Shown: positions 22,951-33,671 of the stretch, in pieces
How positions within the stretch are numbered: position 1 is the first letter of the stretch
Layout: the number at the start of each line of letters is the position of its first letter
From: Macrostomum lignano
Lineage: Eukaryota
DNA length: 43,474 nt
Assembly (NCBI GenBank): GCA_002269645.1
Contig: NIVC01003663.1
Span: 1 to 43,474 of the forward strand
Reading direction: 5' to 3'
Translations under genes and position numbers: made by a program
The notes under the pieces: model-generated
Told to the model about the DNA's origin: nothing
What the model saw: the letters and a program-made list of their open reading frames with translations, nothing else
The model's database searches: none

Positions 22951-24618
22951 CACCAATTTATCTATCATTCTACGATCTTGTATTTATATATTTATACAAT
23001 ATCTACCTTTGCCTATTTTAAGGTTAAGCACGGCTGGCAGCGGTTAGTACCTGTCTACGTAGGCTAAAAAACTCAAAACCTCAGGACTAGATTCGGATAA
23101 AGAAATAATCCTTAAGCTTAAGCACAAAGTTCCCCATCAGCTCACCTGCAGGGCGCATACTTCAGAATGATTATCAGACCCAGCCCCAGCAGCCACAACA
23201 TCTTCGCGACCTTTCAAAAGAATACAGACACCGCCAAGAGCTGCGGACAGTCGGCCAGCGGACGTCGGTGTCGAAGATGATGACGAAGCAATAGGTGGAG
23301 TCTGCGACTCGCAGAGCTGGCAGAATTCCAACCAGTTTGGCGTGAGAATGACGCGCTGGTTGCCACGGATAAGATTTGGATTCCGCGATACGGCTACCAG
23401 TGCGGACTGAAGGCGGCGTTTCAAATATGTCAATATTTCTATTTTTAAGCATCCATGACGTAACTAAACCAGCAGAAAAAAGGTCAACTCACCCCATCAA
23501 TTACAAGCGGCTGATTGAGAGCTTGAGCAGTTTCTATAGCCTGAATTAGACAGGGAAGATGGTGGGTGTTATTAAGGCATTGAGAACGGCGATTCTTGAG
23601 AAGGACTAGGGAGATTCTAAAGGGATTAAATGCAATTCAATAGAGGGGATAGGCAGTTCTAGAGAGGGGATTAAGGGAGATTCTATTGGGGGATTAAGGG
23701 CAATTCTAGAGGGATTAAGGGAGATTCTATAGAGGGGATCAGGGGAGATTCTAGAGAGGGGATTAAGGGCGATTCTAGAGACGAGGATTAAGGAAGATTT
23801 TAGAGACAGGGATTAAGGAAGATTTTAGAGAGGGATTAAGGGAGATTCTATAGAGAGGATAAGGGAGATTCTAGAGAAGGAATAAGGGAGATTCTAGAGA
23901 CGGGGATTAGGGAGATTCTATTGGGGGATTAAGGGCAATTCTAGAGGGATTAAGGGAGATTCTATAGAGGGGTTTAGGGGAGATTCTAGAGAGGGGATTA
24001 GGGGAGATTCTAGAGAGGGGATTAGGGGAGATTCTAGAGAGGGGATTAAGGGCGATTCTAGAGACGGGGATTAAGGAAGATTTTAGAGAGGGGTTAAGGG
24101 AGATTCTAGAGAGGGGATTAAGGGAGATTCTTGAGAGGGGATTAGGGGGATTTTAGAGAGAGGATTATGGGAGATTCTAGTGAGGGGATTATGGGAGATT
24201 CTAGTGAGAGGATTTTTGGAGATTCTAGATTGAAATTAAGGGCGATTCTCAAATCAGTCATTCAGCTACTCACATCAGTTGCCAACTGAATCGAATCCTC
24301 GCTGGAATCGAGCCCAGGACCAACCAATACAGCCTGGCAGCAGTCAGCCTGCAAGCATTGAATCAAGCGCTGCCGTCTTCGACCATTGTCGATGGCTCCT
24401 ACCTCCAACATCGCGGTCGGCTGCGGCCAGCAGCCGCGCAAAGCCGCCGCAGCCGCGGAGTCGGCGCAGACAACCTTCGCCTGATCAGCCCCAGCCCGCA
24501 GGGCAGCCAGCGCGGCCAGATGAGCAGGTCCCGGCTGACTGGCCGAGCCACCAACAATGCAGACGAGTCCGCCCGGATCGGACATGGCCGGGATGCACTG
24601 GGCAGCGGTGCCTACCAT
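21897..24618 (-). CDS. NAXD: Diverged NAXD/CARKD-like (YjeF C-terminal fold) protein, 4 exons, about 321 aa
   Basis: Exons 24274-24618, 23493-23540, 23146-23406 and 21897-22208, all phase 0 with AG/GTGAG sites. Motifs: [74 protein letters not shown]...[11 protein letters not shown]. Orthology versus paralogy is unresolved. Confidence 0.88.
22286..22951. repeat. (TATC)n / (GATA)n microsatellite filling the last NAXD-like intron
   Basis: Read directly; interrupted by TACC and AATCTGCC variants. Confidence 0.98.
23590..24250. repeat. Degenerate 24-26-bp minisatellite (GGGAGATTCTAGAGAGGGGATTAA) filling NAXD-like intron 1
   Basis: Read directly. Confidence 0.95.
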
Positions 24619-25284
24619 CGAATACTTGGACTACTGTGCTTAAGAAGTGAGTTTGTTGTCATCAAGCCAGATGCGAGTTCTACCCTGAAGTGCTCCGCAT
24701 TATGCAGCAGAGACCGGCGCTGTCAGGCGTTCAGCCTGGCTGACGGTCCGTGCCAGCTGTTCGTGTTCGACAAGTGCAGCAAGTCGGTGAGGAACTGCGG
24801 CTGCTCCAGGAGAGGCCGGGTGTTTGTGAAGCAGCAGCCGGGACTCGAGGCGGGCGCGCTGTGTCCGTCTGGCTACGGAGACGACCTGTGCGGAGTGAAG
24901 TACAAGCTGTTCAACGACTCAGGAAGTTGGAAGCAAAGCAGAGAAAAGTGCGAGTCGGAGAGCGGCCCGGTCATCATGGCAGATGTGGTGGACGCTACCG
25001 AGATGCACCATATTGAGATGCTTCATGCGAAGTACAGTTTTGGCAAGTCGTTCTGGCTCGGCGGTTTCCAGACTGAGGACAGTGCAGAGCCGCTCGAAGG
25101 CTGGCATTGGATTGCCTGCAATCTTGAGGTGGCCAGAACTCTTTGGAGTCAATCGGAGCCAAGCAACACGGGAAATGACGAGAATGTGATTTTGCGATGG
25201 TCAGCCAATCCGAATCTAAGTGACGGACGCATGGAAATGAATGAAGTGTCGGCCGGTCTGTGCGAATGCGTTTTTCCGTTTTAA
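24520..25284 (+). CDS. PAN/apple-like + C-type lectin-like protein; 5' end unresolved
   Basis: PAN-like STLKCSALCSRDRRCQAFSL..PCQL followed by CTLD CPSGY..YKLF..SWKQSREKCES..MADV..FWLGG..WHWI..WSQSEPSN..EN..LCEC. The only upstream in-frame ATG (24520) lies inside NAXD-like exon 1. Confidence 0.8.
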   Translation: MSRSRLTGRATNNADESARIGHGRDALGSGAYHRILGLLCLRSEFVVIKPDASSTLKCSALCSRDRRCQAFSLADGPCQLFVFDKCSKSVRNCGCSRRGRVFVKQQPGLEAGALCPSGYGDDLCGVKYKLFNDSGSWKQSREKCESESGPVIMADVVDATEMHHIEMLHAKYSFGKSFWLGGFQTEDSAEPLEGWHWIACNLEVARTLWSQSEPSNTGNDENVILRWSANPNLSDGRMEMNEVSAGLCECVFPF

Positions 25285-25646
25285 CGAATTAACTTTCCTA
25301 ACTACAAAAAAACGCTTGAGCAAACTACAGACAGATTATTGGCTGTTCGTTGAAATATAATGCAGACACATTTAACTAAACAAAGGTTTTGTGTAAAACC
25401 TCTTTTGCGCTGTTGTCGGACAGGAAAGTTTGCTTGATTTCTATTAAAAAAATATGTTGAGATGACTTGCAGCACTCTTGCTCGACGAACCGAATTAATT
25501 ACGCTAGTATTATTTGAGTTGCCGATGCATTTCGTCCATTTGCATTAGGACATCCTCAGGGTCTTTTTATTTAAGAAACAATTTGAACGAATATTCAGTA
25601 TATATAGATAGTTGAGAGTAACAAGAGTAGTTGAATTGAGTTTTTA

Positions 25647-26347
25647 ATTGATGGTTTAAAACTTGTACATAGTAATCAATTTTTTGATACAGTATTGGTT
25701 GGGCAAAGTGCATATCAGTTTCAAGCCAGTCCGGTCATTGACAAATCAGCTAAAAAATTCTGAGTTGACGGCTAGCCCCACCCATCGCAAGTTGGTTATT
25801 TAACGTGGGCTGTTTGGTCTTAATGTACAGGGCTTCTAATAGGCAGAGCATGTGATCTCTATTACAAAAATCAATAGCCTTTATCATTTCGTGTGGTTCA
25901 GCCTCACAACAAGAATTGCAGGTTAGCAGGTGTTCGTTAATAGCAGAGTTTTTTAGCCAGTGCTCTCTGACCCTCGTGTATAAGTGTCGTTTAGTTTTTC
26001 CTATGTAGGAGATGCTCTGGTCCTCAGAGCAAACAAATTTATACACGACACCAGCCGCGAGAGGACGTGGAACACTGGATTTCAACTTGCAGACAAACTT
26101 AGCAATCTTCTCGGTGCGAAACACAACACGGATTTGAGTGTTTAAGTCTTTACGGAGCAGCTTTTCTAACTTCTTTTTAAACTCTATAGCTCTATAAACC
26201 AACTTGCGATGGGTGGGGCTAGCCGTCAACTCAGAATTTTTTAGCTGATTTGTCAATGACCGGACTGGCTTGAAACTGATATGCACTTTGCCCAACCAAT
26301 ACTGTATCAAAAAATTGATTACTATGTACAAGTTTTAAACCATCAAT
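25647..26347 (-). mobile_element. 5'-truncated Penelope-like element (GIY-YIG end) with an inverted copy of its 3' end
   Basis: GIY-YIG GVVYKFVC..SYIGKTKRHLYTRVREH..INEH..LLEALYIKTKQPTLN. A 151-bp perfect inverted repeat spans 25647-25797 and 26197-26347. Confidence 0.92.
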
Positions 26348-26946
26348 CCTATATACTAAAAATGAAAATCTTGCTTGCTTGCTTGCTTGTAATCGATTAG
26401 AGAAAAAATAGCTTAACCGATTTTCATGAGACTTGCACTGTTCGATCAGAAATTTTCCTGGGACGGTACATGCATCTTGGCTAAGAAATTGCTCCATGTT
26501 AAAGGGATTAAATATTCGAAAAACATGCTTTTTTGCAAAGGTCAAGCAAACTTTTCGACTTGAAATGCATTGTAAGAATGCTAGAGAAAAAACTGACTGG
26601 TTGAATTCTGATTCTGAAATAGATTGCATCATAACTGAATTGTAACTCCGACTTGAATTGAAAATGCAGTGTGGAAGCGTAGCACCAGACTTGATTTAAA
26701 TTGCGTAACCATATTGTTAACTGATACTGACTGACTGAGAAACTGATTATGTCATAACTGCCTCGTGTGATTTACTCTATGCTTGGATTTTAAAGTGTTG
26801 AATTATATAAGTGCAAAATTTGATGTTATCAAAACGATGAGAACTAGCCTAGAGGTGAACAAACTGAACTGCCAAATGCAGCGACGATGGTTCGAATTTT
26901 TAGAGAGTTTTTTTAATTAAAGTTTTTTAACGCCAAGAAAACTAAA

Positions 26947-27140
26947 AAATCATGGAAGCGTCATGTAAAAATTATAGAAGCGTCATGTAAAAATTATAGA
27001 AGCGTCATATAAACAATCATAGAAGCGTCATGTAAAAATCATAGAAGCGTCATGTAAACAATCATTGAAGCGTCATCTAAAAAGTCATAGAAGCGTCATG
27101 TAAATAGTCATGGAAGCGTCATGTAAACAGTCATAGAAGC
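26947..27140. repeat. 22-23-bp minisatellite (ATAGAAGCGTCATGTAAAAATC), about 8 copies
   Basis: Read directly; it ends about 10 nt before a splice acceptor. Confidence 0.94.
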
Positions 27141-27149
27141 GAATTACAG

Positions 27150-28469
27150 TCGATCCTACATTGCTAGCCTGATCGTGCTACTTTTGGTTACGGCCTTGTG
27201 CATCTGCACAGTCGGATTCTTCGGTGTAGAGTCTAACAAATACCTGAGGATAAAGTGCAGCAAATCGACAAATGAGGTAGCATCGACGCCTTACGGACTA
27301 CTTAGCACTTTAATCTGCTGGATTACTTTCTCGCTTTTTTGTCTAGTGAGCACAGCTTTGGGCCTAGCTCGAAAGGAGATCTGGAGGTAAGCATGATAAT
27401 AGAGATATCATTACTCACATATTACATTTTCGGGGCAGATTACCTCAGCAGTTATGGCATCTGCCTCTCGTGCCTGTGCATGTATTTTTATGCTGCTCAA
27501 GGGTTAGCAAAATTAGCATAACGGCTTGCTCCTCGCTGGCTGCCGGTTTACTGTCACTTTTTCGATTTGCTGCAGTGCCCGAAGCCAGCTCCTGCAAGCA
27601 AACTGATGCGTGATGCAAACTTCTGTTTATTTAGGTACAAGCTCGGCTATCCCGCTTGGCCAAGAAGAAGCTACTCGGATCTAATTTCCTGGTTGGCCCC
27701 ATTAATTTTGGCGCTGCCAGTCTCGTGTTTTTTGTACTGGCTTCATCTAAATACAACTACAAGCTGCAATATGTTTGGCACCATGATCTATGCAACAAGT
27801 GGATGCTGCACCATTTTGCTGGTACTCTCCAGTCTAGCTTTCATTCTCTGCTACTTGCAAATGTGTTGGCCGATAACAACTATCACAACTAGCTTCTACA
27901 ACAGCATTGGCACTTTCACATTATTCTCACTTGTCTACATCATACTGACGGCTATTTTCACGCGATTGTTTCAAGCTAGTTCGACGTTCGCCGCGGCGCA
28001 AGCTGCTGCCAGTAGTAATTCTTCGGACAGCAGCAACACATTCTTCAGAGCTTATTACACCACCTTCTTGGTGTCACTGAACATCATTGATCCGACGGTA
28101 TTCAGGCCGGGCGAAGACAGAGCTGACCTGAGCCTGCTGCATATGGCCTACATTCTTGCGGTACCTGTATTGTTTATCAACTTTGTTGTCGGAATTTTAT
28201 CTTCAGTGGTGAATCGAGTCACGGAGAACAGTGTTGAGCACCGCTACTGGCTAATGCTTACTGTTGCGGAGTACTTCGAGCGAACCTTTGTCGTGCTCTT
28301 CCGACTGAGAACTGCGCTGTTCGGACGGAAAAAGCTCACTTTGACTGTGTGCAAGCCTTTAAGTCCGGACAGCAAGCTCATCGCGTTCAATAATTACACT
28401 CTCGACTCGGTTTGGCCGCCATGCGGACAGACAGAAGTCTGCGAACTCGAGTCTACAGAAGAAATTTGA
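27150..28469 (+). CDS. TRP-channel-like 6-TM pore module (last two exons; upstream exons not found)
   Basis: Exons 27150-27386 and 27635-28469 join in phase 2 (GTAAGC...TTTATTTAG). Six hydrophobic helices, a pore-helix-like FFRAYYTTFLVSLNI, and S6/TRP-helix-like LFINFVVGILSSVVNRVTENSVEHRYWLMLTVAEYFERTF, which resembles the TRPV5/6 S6-TRP helix. Confidence 0.68.
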
Positions 28470-31400
28470 TGCTTTATTGTGCTTGACGTGTCAAACATTT
28501 CGAGAAATCTTGAAACTATGACGTATCTGAGCGCTGATACTCCGAGCTTGTTTATAGACGACTAAGATAGAAGGACGTTCCCCTTGTCTGTCATTACAGA
28601 GGTCTCATTAGTGTATTAATAGACTGTTTTTGCACAGGGTATGGTATAGACTCCTCCCTTTTTTATTGGGTAGAAATATTTCATAGCAAAAAATTTTTTT
28701 CCATGGAGCTTGAATTTTACAAAGAATATTGACATCAATCCAAGGACAGCTATAAAATTAGGATAAGGCACTCGGTTTCATCTAGAACGTTGTGGCTTCA
28801 GTGTCTGAGATTCTTTGTCTTTTGTTTTAAACTTGATGAATAGAAACAAATGTTTTAACTCATTACAATATTTTATACTAACTGCGGATTCTCTATGGGT
28901 TCTGAATGTTTGTCTCTAACCTTTGCCAATCACTGTACTGTATACCGATTCCGATAACAAATATTTGTATCTAATCGATGGTTGAACTGAATGTCGCATG
29001 ACAACGCTTACGCGTTACCTTTAATTACCTTGGCGCAACGAAGTGTGTTGCTACTAGAGATAGAAGTCTTCAGTACGTATTTTTGAGGTCGCAGGGACGT
29101 CACAAAGACGAATCGATTCCATTATAAGATCAAACGTACAGATAAAATAGCCTCAAAGCATTATTGATTCTCTATGTTTTTAAATATCTGATAATAAAAT
29201 GAGTGCATTCGTCTCTGGGACGTCCCTTCAACATCAGAAAGCTTTCTAAAGACGTCTCACCCGCACAGCAATTGCACGTCGGCGTCGTCGAACAATGGGT
29301 TCGTCAGCGGACGTCGGAATGTTGCTTAATGGTAACTTTGGTCTGTAATCTTCGGGATTCGATAGCGCCATACAATCGTCTATCTCTATAGATTTTCGAC
29401 AACTAGCTAATTCACTTCGTTTTACGTTAAACATTTTTCTTATCGTTAAATCTTTCGCACAATTTTAACAAACGTCAATATACTACTAGCATATCGTCTA
29501 GTATCATGCATCAGGATCATACTTTTTTGAGAGTAGTTCTAGCTTCTGTCAGAAATCTGTTTGCATTGCTCTGGACAAAAATACGAGATCTACTGATTTA
29601 CTGAGCTAGTTGCTATTTGCCCAAAATTAATGAACCATGCCCAATAAAACTGACTATGTAGCCATATAACAGTTGTCAAAGTTTCTGCCCATGCGATCCA
29701 AGGTACGCAGAAAGCATTGACTTAAGCTTCATGGTGCAGTGTAGAGTTTGTTAAGTTGCTATCAGTTTGATTAAATGCAAGTCTAGCTAAGCAAATATAC
29801 GTAACTCCGACTAATTATCTACCGAATGAATATTTAGGGGCACACACTCATAGAAGCAATTTTCTATTTCGCGTTATTGGCTTAGATAAAACATTCTCCG
29901 ATTTAATCATGCACGGTAACAATCGTCAAGTGCAACGCATCTGATTATAGTTCCTATTATTTGCAAATCATCAGTATAGCTTTCTTTGATTGACAGCTAG
30001 CGGCTGCCGTCATAAAGCTTAATTTACACACGGGATGGACAATAGAAAAAATATTCGCTGGTGGCTTTTTTGGTTTTGCTATTTTGCAACGCAACCAGCC
30101 CGTGAGGCAATTCTGCTCATTCCGCTGACCCCTGAGCACCTTCAATACAAGCTGTACATGTACAGCGGCCCTGACTCTCTAATCATCAGGCATGCATGTG
30201 ATGGGGTTTCAAAATATTAATTTTTAAAGCGTATGCCATCGTTTACGAGAACGCTTACTTCAAATACGTATTGCTAGCTATAGCTATATTAGTAGGAAGG
30301 TAGAATTTAGCATTTGCATTTGCATTTTGCATATTTTAGTCTTTATATAGCAGTTATATTAGAATTAACATATATTTATGCGCACTCTAATTAAGGAAGT
30401 TACACGCATGCATGGAAAAACTGAATTGCAAATTCAGCCAACAATGAGTGCGCAAACTACTTTCCAGGATAAGTAGAGTAATTCAGTCATTGATAAAAAA
30501 TTATCTCGTGGTTTAAAATAACAACAGAGCGAGTAATTAGTTCGTACATGTAACAGCTGTATATTAATTATGAAAAATTTCGACACCAAGACTCAAGCTG
30601 ATTAAGAATATCATCGAAACTGAAAGAGTAGTGAAAAAAAGATTAATAATATGGTAGCTCGTAATATTGCAATAAATTAACAAAATAGTATACAGTATAT
30701 GGAAACTAAATGTGTCTGATTTTGTGTTTTTTTCAGCTGCGTTACTGTTTTTAGGCGGTTTAAATGGTAATGCAAGTTTTTCAAATTTGAAAAAATAAAT
30801 TGTACATCGAATATCATTACTTAGAGAATACTTCGACAAACCTGAAAGACAGTGGTAGTGTGATTAAACATACTATCATTCTTACATGTAGCTAATTAAA
30901 TGTACGTAAGTCATTACGACATGCTCCATGCAGAATATATAAATAAAAATGAGCAACTTTTAGTAACAACACATTGCATATAACCATGAGTATAGCCAAA
31001 AAATCATAAAATACTCAGCACGATGCTTTTGATTTGTTTATACATGTACATGTACGAGTACATGTATCTTTAATGGCTTGATATTTTTTATTAATTGCAA
31101 CTTTTATTATTTAAAAAATATTTTATATTTTGAAACTATCAGCATATTTACGTTTATTTATTTACTTAGCTACCTTAAAACGTTTTCCTTATTATAAGCT
31201 CATAAATTTTTGCGACAACGCGATCGACACAGCTGGAAACCGCGTTAAATCACTCAAACTAAAACAAATATCTCACAGTGTATGAAACAACTACAGTATA
31301 TTAGTTGCCAGAAAAATATTAATACATTATTAGACAGTGCAAGTCATTATTAGAGCTATGTATGCATAGATGGAAATAAGAATCCTAAAAATGAAGCTCT

Positions 31401-33671
31401 CGATCATCGCCCAGTCTCTGCTGAGCACTGCTCAACGTCGCGTCCATCGTCGGCCGAGTCCGCCGTCAGCAGCGTCGCTGCGCCGCCGAAGCCTTTCACA
31501 GCGAGCCTGGCGTCGACAATGCAAGCGTCCACTCCGGTTTCTTCACCTACGAATCCGCCCTGCATCAGCAGCGTGTCCGCGTTCTGGCCGCCTGCGCGTT
31601 TTGAAAAATTATTTTTTTGAGGCTTCACTAACTACTAAACTACGGAACGAGTATGCATACATATAAATAAGTTTGAATGCTTAATGACTGAGAATAATTG
31701 AAAAAAACAATAATAATTGATAGCTTCGCATCGAATTAACACATGTATTTAAGCAATAAATGTTGTTATTAGACCACTGCAGGGCTTCATGTCGTATTAA
31801 ACTATGGCAACTGCAGTACGAGCAAAAGGACTCAATTTTCTTATAAATTTTAGCTAGAGGCCAGTAAGGAACGCATATCGCTGGGGGTGCAGCAAGTATG
31901 GATCTCGAGAATGCATACATGTAGCACTGAATGGGGTTTCGACAAATTAAGACCAACTCGGTCGTGCAAAAACCCGCGCTAGAAAAATCCGATTTCTGGA
32001 GCTGCATTCTCGTTTGACTCTGCATGCAGGGTTGACAGAATTCTGCACGCTCAATCGTGCTGGGTTGCTTATGTCAACGGCTACTAGCTACTTTAAATGT
32101 ACTAGCAATAGGACAGATATATGACGTTCCTTACGGCCTACAACTTACTTCTTAGAAAATCTAAGAAGGATGAAGGAATAACATGGATTGCTCATCTGAA
32201 ACTTGAAATTTACCCCCGTAGGAAACTATTGACTGATGAAAGTTAAAAATTATCCCCCATAGGATTTGATTTGTTTTGAAGATGCATCTTTGGATTCCCA
32301 ACAGTTCTGCAGCGAGTGAAATTCCACGGGTGATTATTTTTAACTTTCATCAGCCAAAATTGACCATAGACGCATTTATTTACCAATCAAGTTGAGCACA
32401 GGGGAGCCCTGAATGGCGACAGACATTGAGTGCACATTTTGAAGATCATGGATCAGTGGTACAGTAGGCTGTTCTATTTTTAGAAACAACTTTCTTGCTG
32501 TACTATACTATATGCTGGAGTCTCATTAGATTATTAAAACTATCTTAGACTATTTAACATCAGCACAATTCAGACTTCCATTGCTGAAATTCGTGTAACT
32601 GAAATCCACACACGCGACTGAGGTAGAGCATTCGTTCGAACACGCATAGTTAGTTAAGTCAGTAAGCTCTTTTCCAAATCGATTTTCACTTTCAGCAGAG
32701 AAGAGGAGCTTATAAATGAATTTAATAGCCGTCCCTATGACTCAGCTTAGTGATGAGTACTCAAGGCGTTTGCTGTCAGACCGCTTAAGTGATCAATATT
32801 AGAAAACATCAAGTAGAGAACGTGGTTGCGTAACCGACATCTAAACAACTGTCGGTTACGAAAAAACGACTCTGGGGCCCGTGCTATAGAATCAGTAGTT
32901 AGGAGTTGGGAGCTAGGACTCAAGAGTACTCTTGACAAGGAGTGATTGAATTTTGTGTGCTATAGATTTCAGGAGTTTAGCCACCTAGGAGCTAGGAGCT
33001 AGGACACTTTAAGGATTTAGGAGTTAAGAGTATTCTATAGCATGGACCCCAGAGGGAGCGTTCTAGGAGTGACGATATTTCTTCTAGCTTAGACGTGGAA
33101 AAAATTAGAAAACGATTGTTATCGCAATTCTTTTCCTTCACTTTAACTGATTGGGAGGCTTGTCAATCATACACTCATACACATGCACATCTATCTTGGC
33201 AGAAAGGCAAAATTAAAATTGTAGAACACAGTGTCGGTTAAAAATAGTAGCGTTATACATGCATGGAGATTTATTAATTAACTGTTGAGGTTCAAAACCC
33301 AATAGCTAACTGGGATATGTGGTTATGCATATTAAAAATGAAATTAAATGCATGGATATGCATGTATACCGATCAGGTGATGTAATATATCAAAATCAAC
33401 AGGTGGAATGAGACTTCTGATAACTTCTGACAATATTCGAGATCTCTAAAGCCATTTTTTAAAGTCATGGGTTGGGTGAATCCATGGGTAAATATACTTG
33501 ATGATTGCAATAATATAGCCAGTAAAAACTCAAGTGAAAAAACACAGGCAAAGATATTTAAACAGGAACGGTTCTGCATGCCAGTTGTGAGACGTCTCTA
33601 AATTTAACGCGCTTCGACCCGCAATATACAGTTGCGAGTGTAAATCTATAACTTGCATCCTTTGCACCTAC

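Noticed and set aside
26240-26295. Possible hammerhead in the inverted-repeat arm (..ATGACCGGACTGGCTTGAAAC..)
   Set aside because: GAAAC is present but the CUGANGA core is missing and the stems do not close.
27519-27521. Apparent premature TAA in frame with the TRP-like ORF
   Set aside because: It falls inside the phase-consistent intron 27387-27634, so the gene need not be a pseudogene.
28500-31300. Short ORFs in AT-rich intergenic DNA (e.g. 29246-29434, 30035-30220)
   Set aside because: No motifs, codon bias or consistent splice sites could be supported.
32890-33070. TTAGGA(G) telomere-like words
   Set aside because: Short, irregular and not TTAGGG; no support for an interstitial telomere.
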